Below, piece by piece: positions 46,946-58,407 of a stretch of DNA of 64,000 nt. Position numbers and translations under genes: made by a program. Origin of the DNA: Octopus vulgaris (Eukaryota); assembly GCA_951406725.2 (NCBI GenBank), contig OX597815.1, positions 806,001-870,000 on the forward strand, in the 5' to 3' direction. The notes under the pieces are model-generated. The model did no database searches, was not told the origin of the DNA, and saw only the letters and a list, made by a program, of their open reading frames with translations. Within the stretch, counting starts at the first letter, position 1, and each line of letters opens with the position of its first letter.

Positions 46946-47043
46946 GTTGCTGTTTCAGGAGACAAAATTTCTAAGTTCAAAGTTAATTTTTTTAGTAAAC
47001 AACTTGGATGGATTACATTTAAAAAAAAACAACCTTATTTTAC

Positions 47044-47140
47044 AAGTGGAGTCTCAGAGAAATATAAGGGTATAAATGATGTTGAGTATATTGGTGATAT
47101 TGATTTTAGCATTCCTGGAGATAAAGATGGTAAAATATAC
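47044..47140 (-). CDS. Possible further exon of the unidentified gene
   Basis: Phase-compatible acceptor ttctcag|G gives RYILPSLSPGMLKSISPIYSTSFIPLYFSETPL; an alternative acceptor about 25 nt downstream gives RNAKINITNILNIIYTLIFL-stop. Ambiguous. Confidence 0.4.
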
Positions 47141-47891
47141 CTGAGAAGAATTTGAGAAAGGAAACAGAATTTCTGCTGATGCTGGCGCCGCAATGACTGG
47201 CTTCTGTGCCGGTGGCATGTAAAAAGCACCAACCGATCGTGGCCACTGCAAGCCTCCCTTGGCACCTGTGCTGGTGGCACGTAAAAAGCATCCACTACAT
47301 TTACGGAGTGGTTGGCGTTAGGAAGGGCATCCAGCTGTAGAAACACTGCCAGATCAGACTGGAGCCTTGCGCAGCCTCCTGGCTTCCCAGACCCCGGTTG
47401 AACCGTCCAACCCGTGCTAGCACGGAAAACGGATGTTAAACGATGATGATGATGATTCTAACACTTCTGCCGGGTTTCTAGCAGCAAATTCCAAGATGCA
47501 TGTGTAGCATCTTGGCAGGTGCCACGTTAAAGGCCCCCAGTACACTGTGTAAAGTGGCTGGCATTAGGAAGGTCATCCAGTTGTAGAAACCATGCCAGAA
47601 CAGACAGTGGGAGCCTGGTGCAACTCTCCACTTCCTGTCAAAGTGTCCAACCCATGACAGCATGGAAAACAGACATTAAATGATGCGTGTGACTATCACA
47701 TCATGTTCAGACAAAGAAACACATACACGATGACATGGCCATGTGGTACAATATTTACTTTCTCACCATGTGGTCTTGGGTTCAGCACAGAATGTGGCAC
47801 CTTCAACAAGTATTTTGTTATAGCCATAGGTCAACGAAAGCCTTGGCAGTGAATTCGGTAGACAGAAAATAAATGAAATCCATTGTATATA

Positions 47892-47931
<40 letters not shown>

Positions 47932-48153
47932 CTTGTTTTAACATCGTGTGATGAATGTAATCAAGCATCCGCATGGTGTGGGGCTCGTTATCATTTTATT
48001 GTGTGGGAAACCTGTCTAGCCATGGGGAACTCTAAGCTTGCCTGGAAACTGGTGAGGGTTGGCAAAGTAAGAGCATCCAGCCACAGAAAATCCCTCTCAA
48101 TATATTTCATCCAACCCATGAACGAATGGAAAAGTGGAGGTTAAATCATTTAC

Positions 48154-51100
48154 CTTCCTCCTTTCTCTTCTCTTCTCCTGTTTTGGTTGAGCAAACTTGA
48201 TACAAAATCACTTTCACTTACATTTTTATCTTTCTCCTCATTTTCCAAAATAGTTTCACTTTCTTCCTTTTCTTTCTTTCTATCTTCTTCACTTTTTTCA
48301 TCTTTAGCATCTTCCTGTAACAAATTTACAAAAGCAAGGATGTAACTCCACTCGGACTACAGTAGCCACCACATCTAAATGGTGATTAAATTTTAGCAAA
48401 TTTTGGCCTCCGTGCCGGTGGCATGTAAAAAGCACCATCCGTCCGTGGCCGTTTGCCAGCCCCGTCTGGCACCTGTGCGGGTGGCACATAAAAAGCACCC
48501 ACTACACTCACGGAGTGGTTGGCATTAGGAAGGGCATCCAGCTGTAGAAACACTGCCAGATCGGACTGGGCCTGATGCAGCCTTCTGGCTTCCCAGACCC
48601 CAGTTGAACCGTCCAACCCATGCCAGCATGGAAAGCGGACGCTAAATGATGATGATGATGATGAGGATTGGGCCCATGCTGGTACCACATTAAAAGCACC
48701 AATGCTGGCGTTATGTTAAAAGGGATGATGCTGGTCCCACATAAAAAGCACCCAGTACACTTTGAAAAGCAGTTGGCATTAGGAAGGGCATCCAAGTGTA
48801 GAAACCAAGCTAAAACAGAGAATTGGAGCCTTGCATGGCCCCTAGTCTTACCAACTTCCGTCAAAGTGTCCAACCCATGCCAGCATGGAAAAAAGAAGGT
48901 TAAATAACGATGCAGAGAAAAGGTTTCACATTCCACACAACAGCCCTATTCTCCTCCATATTTGACTGAAACCGAAGAAGCTGAGAGAAGTAGGAGTTGA
49001 CAAAGAGCCCCTCCTCTCGAAAAAGTATCTCCCCTTCTTCTGTGAAAAACCTTCTGTTCTAGAATAAAATCCAAAACTGAAGAAGGAATCTGGGAACAGT
49101 GAGTGTGGCACCCTTTTGTCATTTCACAGCAACTAAACTTAAAACCTGGAAACTTTTATTCCGAATGTTTTGTACAAAACTCCTCTTGACTTTTTGGGAG
49201 AGGTCAAAGTCCAAAAAGTCATATCACCATGACCACCACCACTGACATCATCATCATCTGCCATAGAATTAGTAAGCTCTGAGAAGCAAGTTTCTTGTCG
49301 TAAGAGTGTCACAACTATACAAAAGAACAAGTTGGAAAACTATTTTCACTGAGAGCAGAGAGAAGTAATGTTGCCAGGGATGCCTTCTGCATAAAGAAAA
49401 TGTAGTTAAGTGTGGCTAACATACTTAATTCTACAAAGAAAAAAAAAAGGATGTTCTAAGTTGTTCTAAGATCTGTTAGATCTTAGAACAACTGAGAGAA
49501 CATCATTTCAGTTTGTGAAAATAATTCATTGATTAAACAATTTAAAATTACATTGGAAAGACACACCTGACTTCTCTCTTTTGTGTCATATGATAAAATT
49601 GTCATTAACACTAATGATTTTTCGTTACAGATTTAATTTTAATTGATTAATTTTTAATCAATTGTTGACTTAGCTGGGAGTAAAGCCAAGAGAAAAATAT
49701 AGTCATAACTAAGATTTGAACTCAGGACTGCCAGTTAACAATACGATCAAATGACGAAGCATCTACATGGCTGTTCAACCTGTTTGAAATAGCAGTCAAA
49801 TCTCTCACATGGAAGGATGTATTGGATTCTCTAGAATGATGGGATGGTTGTGGTTGGACTGTCTTTGATCAAGGCTGACCTAGCACTAAACAACAGCACA
49901 ATATACTGCTTTGATTTCCAATGGTTAGCTGTACCACCACTGTGGCACCTATTTACAATAGAGTGGACTGAGCCAACATTGTTAATTAAAAACACAATGT
50001 GTGTGTGTGTGTGGGGGGGGCTGATGAGAACCTGGGATCTTTTAGTTTAACACTCAACTATCAGTTGTATAAATCAACACTCCCACCTGTTGCCCTGCTG
50101 TCATTCATAAGTCAACACCCATCATTTCACTCACCTTGCTGTCATTCATAAAACAACACCCCACCACCACTCACATTGTTGTCACTCATTAGTCAACACT
50201 CCATCACTCACCCAGCTTGTCACTCATAATTCAACACCCATCACTCACCCTGCTACTAATTTCATAGAGCAAAAATATAATACTTTACCTTTTTGCCATC
50301 TTTCTCTTTTTCCTTCTCCTCCTCTTCCACCTCCTCCTCCTCCTCCTCTTCAACAGAATCTAAAATATAGATATTAAAATCATCAACACTTTGTAATCAA
50401 AGCAAGTCTTTGATGTTGGTTCAATTCCCAAGAGTGACAGAGGAATCATGGGGAATGCATTAGTGGAATAAACTGCCCATCATATTGGTCAGAAGTTCAA
50501 ATCCTACAACTGCCATTGATGTCTCCCTCAAACAACCTCTACATGATCCCTCAAACTGCTACAAATAGCAGCTAAATCTCAGTCAGCTTCATGGGGGTTT
50601 GGCTGTTATTTCGTTAAATAAGGAACATACACACTAGATAATGTAGCCCTGCAAATCCCTTATAAAAAATGTAAAAGGCATGGTTGAATTGCCTTCAGTG
50701 AGAGGTCTGCTAGATAAGGGTTGACTAACAACGGAAAAACATCCGTTTACCATAATAGAAGTAAGATAAGTGAAACAGAGTTGCAGAAAGAGAAGAACAC
50801 ATCAAAGAAATATTATTTGGTAATTTTGAAGACGGAAAGTGAAATTGAAGCTAAATGATAAAGCTGTTGTTGAGATATGATGCAATATGTATGTATCAGC
50901 ATCATCATCATTTAACGTCCGTTTTCCATGCTAGCATGGGTTGGACGGTTTGACCGGGGTCTGGGAAGCCAGAAGACTGCACCAGGCTCCAGTCTGATCT
51001 GGCAGTGTTTCTACAACTGGATGCCCTTCCTAACCCCAAACCACTCCATGAGTGTAGTGGTTGCTTTTTACGTGCCACCAGCACAGTATGTATTGCACTC

Positions 51101-54100
51101 CCCCCCCCAACATAAATTAGTTATTAGTGACTTTAGACTTGAGGCCAGAAGGATGCCAAAAAGCAGACCAATCTGGAAAAGGACTTGAAAGCTTAGGGAC
51201 TCTTCACATGGTCAGAGATTTCAGGATATGCGTACTGAGAAATTTGATGATAGGGAGGAGGAGCTACAGTCTTGTGACATAGAACACAGCTGGGAATTCC
51301 TGCGAGACAGCTTGCTGAGTGCCACAGACTAAATCTGTGGCTGGTGCAAAGTCCCTTCCAGACCTATGGTAACATGGTGGTGGAACAATGCTGTAGACAT
51401 GGCCATTAGAGCAAAGAAACAGGCTTGGAATGCCTGGAAGAGCAGGGGTAGGAGGAGAATGTATCAGACAGCCAGAAGGGAAGCTAGGAGACAGGTATAT
51501 ATTAGCAAAGGAAGAAGCAGTTTACCAATGTTCAGGGATGTGAGGACCAAAGAACTGAAGTATTTCAGATTGCAAGACAGCGTGGGAGAGAAAATCATAA
51601 TGTCACAGGAGAGAAATGTGTCCATATGGATGATGGTGCACTTGCATTTAATGATTCTGCAAAGAAAGAGGTATAGAGATGCCACTGTGAAAGACTGCTG
51701 AATGTGGAGAATGAATGGGAGGAGGAGAATCTGCTAAAGGTTGAACCAATTGAGGGACCAACTATCCAAATCAACAGTACCCTGGTAGATAAAGCAATTA
51801 AGGATATTATGAAGACAGGGAAAGCCACCAGCCCATCAGGAAACACTGCTGGGATGTTTAAAATATCGGGCGGTGTGGGTTATGATCTTGTCACCCACAT
51901 CGTAAATCAGGGGTTCATGAAGGAGCCATATCCAATGACTAGTGCAGCAGCACCATAGTCAACTGCTATAAGGGAAAAGGTGATGCTTTAGATAGAAATA
52001 TGTACAGGGGTATCAAAATATTGGATCAGGTGATGAAAGTTACAGAGAGAGTCATAGCCCAACTAATTAGGGAGAGAGTTAGCCTAGATGAGATGCAGTT
52101 TGGTTTTGTGCCAGGGAGAAGCACCACTGATGCTATATTTCTGGTAAGGCAGCTGTAGGAGAAATACCTAACCAAAGATAAACCTTTGTATTTGGCTTTT
52201 GTTGACTTGGAGAAAGCCAATCCCTTATCTGGTGGTCAATGTGGAAACTGGGGATAGATGAGTGGTTGATAAGAGCTGTACAAGCTCTGTACAGGGATGC
52301 TGTCAGTAAGGTGAGGGTTGGCAAAGATAATGGTGAAGAATTCTGAGTAGAAGTAGGAGTTCACCAAGGATCAGTCCTCAGCCCCCTCTTATTCATTATA
52401 GTCCTCCAGGCAATAACAGGAATTGAAGACAGGCTACCCCTGGGAGCTCCTCTATGCTGATGACTTTGCTCTAATAGCTGAGTCACTGCCAGAACTGGAG
52501 ACGAAGTTTAGGGTGTGGAAGCAAAGTCTAGAATTGAACAGTCTTAGAGTTAACCTAGCCAAAACCTAAGTCTTAGTAAGTAGGAAGGCTGTCAAATCAC
52601 AACCCACTTCAGGTAGATGGCCCTGCTCGATCAATAGAAAAGGCATGGGTAGAAACTACATACGATGTACCTGGTGTAAGCTATGGACACATAAAAGGTG
52701 CAGCAATATCAAAAGAAGATAGTTTTTGTGTGTGGCAGATGCACAGGGACAATAAACATTGAAGATGTACAGAAAAGAGATTCCATTACATGCCAGAGGG
52801 AGAAACTAGAAGTAGTTAATAGTTTCCGATACTTAGGTGACTAAGTCTGTTGTGGGAGGTGTTTGCTCTGAGAATGTAGCAGCTAGAATAAGAATAGCCT
52901 GGGCAAAGTTCAGGGAGCTTCTACCTCTGCTGGTAACTAAGGGCCTCTCACTCGGAATGAAAGGTAGACGGTATGATGCTATAGTACAAGGCAGTGAAAC
53001 ATGGGCCATGACTGGTGAGGACATGCGTAGGCTTGAAAGAAATGAAGCTAGTGTGATCCACTGGATGCGTAATGTCAGTGTGCACACACGATAGAGTGTA
53101 AGTGCCCTGAGAGAAAAATTAGGCATAAGAAGCATCAAATGTGGTGTACAAGAGAAGAGGACAGCTGTGTGAGGATGTGCCACTCCCTAACTGTGGAAGA
53201 GGTAGACCCAGGAAGACATGGGATGAGGTGGTGAAGCATGACCTTTGAACACTGGGCCTCACAGAGGTAATGACAGGAGACCGGGACCTTTGGAGATATG
53301 CTGTGATTGAGAAGATTTGAGCAGTTGTTGACCGGCCCCTTCTAAATCTTATGAAGAGGTAGATCAAGCATAGGTACAATTCTATTAAGCAGAAGTTTGT
53401 TATAAACTTTGGCTGCAATTGGGATCAGAGTAATGCCTCTACAGTTTGCTGCACTTGTTAGATCACACTTTTCTTGGTGGGGATAGGGGACGATTCGACC
53501 CTTCAAGCAAGCTGATGGAGACATGATGTGCATATGTGTCGTTGCAGAAACCTAGTAAGGTTTCATGAGATATATCAAAAACCTCTTAGTTGAGAGAGAG
53601 AGAGAGAGTAGAACGGAGGGAGGTGGCCATGTGCCAGGCGAGAGGTTGGAGTAAAAAGGGGGACAGGGACAGCCGTCTTACAACAGAGGAGACATTGGGC
53701 TTCCCCAGTAGGACAGACAGACAGACGGTACATGGCATTCATACACCTACAAACAAGCAATGAATCCTGAAAGCCAGGTAATCGAGGGAGGCTGCGAGAC
53801 CAGCAAACAATTCACATTCAGAGTTGCAAAGACTCTATAATTGTTAAGAACATCAGGATGTGGCCACCACTGCCCAAACTAGGGAGCTGCCATTCAACCT
53901 CAACAACACCAATATTTAACCAAAACAATTCACCATTTTTCGGAGGGTTCTGCTTCTTCCCAGATTTTCCCTTCACTTTTTCTTCCCCTTTCTCCTTGTC
54001 TTCATCACTTTTAATCTCTTTCTTCTTGCTTTCTTTCTTCTTTCTAGGAGATTCTTTCTTTTCTTCACTTTCTTTTTCTGTGTTTTTACCTTCTTTATTT

Positions 54101-57100
54101 TCACTTTCATCCTCTACGTCTGAAACCACTTTCTTCTTCCCAAAAATATTTAAAATTCCTTTTTTACCTAAAACAATAAATCATAAACCAAATATAAAAT
54201 TTATGTCACTTTTAGAAACACCAATTCTAGAAAACACTGGAAGAATGCACCAAATTCATCAGAAAGTTGGTCAAAATATTAAAAGTTGTGACTGAATTTT
54301 AGTGTTGTCACTTTCCCTCCAGGGTCTTGTCATAAACATTATTTCCATTTGGCAACGTTGGCAGGATCTGGATTGAAGCATCCCCTGCTTCCAACGAAAG
54401 TAACATTTCCTCATGGCCAGGAATGTCTTTCAGAGAAGACTACAAGTCAACAACAGTTAAGACGATACTACATACACACACACACCACCACCACCACCAC
54501 CACTACCATCAGCATTGGCATCATCTTCAGTGGAGGCACAATGGCCCAGGTTAGGGCAGCGGGCTCGCGGTTTCGATTCCCAGACCGGGCGTTGTGTGAG
54601 TTTATTGAGCGAAAACACCTAAAGCTCCACGAGGTTCCGGCAGGGGATGGTAGCAACCCCTGTTGTACTCTTTCGCTCCAACTTTCTCTCACTCTTTCTT
54701 CCCCTTTCTTGTCCCTGACTTCCTCCGCAGCTGCTGAGCCTGGATGCGCATTCATCCATCCGTCAGTGCTCTCGGTGTCGGGGGTTGACCTGCATTCTCT
54801 TCTAAGGGTCTTACAAATAGCAAAGGACCACGTTTCGGACTTCTCCCACTAAAGGGACAAAGACCGCTTCGCTCAACAAACAAACACTCAGCATCGGCAT
54901 CATCTTCATCATCATTTAACGTCCATCTTCCATGCTGGCATGGGCTGGACGGTTTGACAGGAGTTGAACCAGAGTCCACTGCCCTGCTCTGGCATGGCTT
55001 CTACAACTGGATGCCCTTCCTCGTGCCAACCGCTTTGCAGTGTGTGCTTTGCATGTAGCACTGGCACAGGTGCCTTTTATGTGCCACTGGCACCAGTGGA
55101 GTCACCAAGTAACTTGCAAGACAATGACCCCTTAGTTGAGAGAAGGAATGAAAGCAAGGGAAGTGGTTGGGTCTTAGTATGGGAGAGATATGAGACCACC
55201 CCTGAAGAAGGAAGGCTGGGAGAGAGAGAGAAATAGGTGGTGCTGGAGATGTATTGGGGTGTACTCACGGGACAGTGGGGGAGGGAGCATAAATAATACA
55301 GAGGGGTGTTTCGTGAGAGTGTAAGGGGATGTGTTTAGGGATGGGAAGACATGAAAATAGAGAATTGTCATTGATTAATATAACATGTCTGCTTAAAATA
55401 CAAGCATCCCTCACTTAACCCCCACCCCCCACTCTACCCCTTTCTCTCAAACATATTCACTTTATAACCACCCACTCCAGCTAAACATGTTCATTACTGC
55501 TCCACACACGTTCACTTAGTACAAACCACCACAAATAACTCTAGAAAGTTAGGGGTTTGTCCTTTCTCAGTTATTAAATTCATAGGACAAAAAAAATAGA
55601 AATTTTACTTTTTTGTTTGTTTTTGTTATTCTTCTCTAAATCTTCTTCTTCATTTTCTTTTTGCACTTCCTCCTCCTCCTCCTCTTTGTCCTGCTGACCT
55701 TCAGTAAGTTTCTCGTCTTCCAGACTCCTTTTTTCATTGACTTCAACTCCTTTATTTCGCTTTTTGCCTTTTTGCTTTTTATCCTTTTTCTTTTTCTTCA
55801 CTGAAGAATCTTTGTTGTTCTCTTTCGCACCATTCTTGTTCTTCTGGTTTTTCCTCTCATCTCCATCTTCACCACTTACCAATTCCTCTTCACTGCAGGA
55901 AATTTCCTTAATTTCATCTTCACTGTCTTCTTTCTTTCCTGAAAAAAAAAAAAAAGAACATTAACACTGAACTAAGATAAGACTCTTCATGCTAGTAGGG
56001 TGCCAAGAGCACCATCCAAGCGGGATCGTTGCCAGAGCAACCAACTGGCTCCGTGTCGGTGGCACGTAAAAGGCACCATTCGAGCGTGATCGTTACCAAC
56101 GTCGCCTTACTGGCACCTGTGCTGGTGGCATGTGTAAAAAGATTCAAGCGAGGTCATTGCCAGTACCGCCTGACTGGCCCCTGTGCTGGTGGCACGTACA
56201 AAGCACCCACTACACTCTCGGAGTGGTTGGTGTTAGGAAGGGCATCCAGCTGTAGAAACTCTGCCAGATCAAGATTGGAGCTTGGTGTGGCCGTCTGGTT
56301 TGCCAGTCCTCAGTCAAAATCGTCCAACCCATGCTAGCATGGAAAGCGGACATTAAACGATGATCTGGCAACTGACTTGCTAGACACCCACAAAATTGTC
56401 CCCATCTTTCCAACAACCTTGGACACCTTTTTGAATGTTAAACATCAAATACTTGTGGACATGCTTACAAAATCAGAAAACAACAGAGCACCCATGACTT
56501 TTGGAAGTATTTTTTCACACTGAAGCACGGAATAAACTACCTGCATCAGTTGTTAGCTCTCGAGGCACTACATCCTTCAAAACTTCCATGCCTTCATTCA
56601 CCAAAAGGACACCTGATTCCTCCTTCCCACTTTCTTTTTAAATTACTCATTCACTGTTCACTTCCTGCGCTTTATTCTCTGCACTTTTGAATACTTTTTT
56701 ATGATGTATTGCAGTACACCTAAACACTGTATACAATAAGTTCACGATTATTATTATTATTATTCATCGTTTAACGTCCGCTTTCCATGCTAACATGGGT
56801 TGGACGATTTTGACTGAGGGCTGGTGAACGAGATGGCTGCACCAGACTCCAGTCTTGATCTGGCAGAGTTTCTATAGCTGGATGCCCTTCCTAACACCAA
56901 CCACACCAAGAGTGTAGTGGGTGCTTTTTACGTGCCACCGGCACGGGGGCCAGTCAGGCGGTCTGGCAATAACCTGGCTCGAATCTTTTTACACATGCCA
57001 CTGGCACAGGTGCCAGTAAGGTGACTTTGGTAATGATCACGCTCAAATGGTGCCTTTTACATGCCACCGGCACAGAAGCCAGTTAGCCACGCTGGCAATG

Positions 57101-58369
57101 ATCATGCTCGGATGGTGCTCTTAGCACCCTACTAGCTCGGGGCTCAAGTGCCAATAAGGCAACACTGGTAACGATCAGACTCGAATGGTGCCTTTTATGT
57201 GCCACTGGCACGGAAGCCGGTTAGCCGCTCGCCATATAACCATACCAGCGCAGTCGTCTCTCTTGCACACCACATCTGATGCTTCTTAGGTCCAACTTTT
57301 CTCTCAAGGTACTTACACTCTGTATTATTATTATTATTATTATCATTACCCCTAACCCACAGCCAGACACAGGGTTCTTGTGAGAGGTAAATCCCTGAGC
57401 AGCTGAGCAAGGCGAACAGGAGGTAATTATTCTGACTTGTTCAATGACAGGTGTGAGGAACTGAACACCAGATGCCCTTAAACCTTCTTCTCTTAACCTG
57501 TACCCTCCCCCCTCTCTCTCCATTATACAAGACAGGACTGGTCCCCCACCCATCCACTCTCTTTCTATGACATTATCCCCCATTTTCCCCGAACTGTGCT
57601 TTGCTATTCCACTTTCTAACCCTAACCCAAAATAATACAAGACACCAGTTCTAGAGCCATTGACCACCACAGAATATATTTGGTAGAATTGGTAGCATGC
57701 TGGGCGAAATATTCAGTGACATTTCATCCGTCTTCACGTTCTGAGTTCGAATTCTGCCGACGTCGACTTTGCCTTTCATCTTTTCGGGGTCGATAAATTA
57801 AGTACCAGTTACACACTGGGGTCGATATAATCAACTAATCCCCTCCCTCAAAATTTCAGACCTTGTGCTTTTAGTAGAAAGGATTATTATTATTATTATT
57901 AATAATGAAATATAAAACCTTCACAGAAATATTCCAACCTTTTTCATCGATGGTTTCTTTTGAATTTAGATATTTTGGTTGTTCTTTATTTTGACTCTGT
58001 AGATTGGCTTCAAGCTTCATTGGAATGGGAACATCTTTCAGACATTCTTCATTTTCTATTCGGTCCTGGAATGAGTTATTGAAATAACAATATTGAATCC
58101 AATCAAGAGGTTGAGAAACAATTCGAGGATATTCTTTTCTAGCTTCATAACAATCATCAAGTTCTTTAAAACAACCAAAAAGAGACGGACAAGATGCTTT
58201 GTCAATTAAAGATGAGTTTTTTAAAAGGTGACAACTGCAACAGTGACATTTCTAAGAATATTAGCATTAGGAAAGGCATTCAGTTGTAGGAACCATACCA
58301 AGACATTGCAGCATGATGCAGCGCTCAAATCCAGGCAAAGCGACTGACAACATAATGATGATTATGATT

Positions 58370-58407
<38 letters not shown>

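Noticed and set aside
48926-49330. Extra exons of the unidentified gene
   Set aside because: Unique-looking sequence, but no splice sites fitting the phase chain were found; exons 50289 and 48314 already join in frame.
53858-54295. Phe/Ser-rich plus-strand ORF (also 55737-55964)
   Set aside because: Antisense shadow of the Lys/Glu-rich minus-strand exons.
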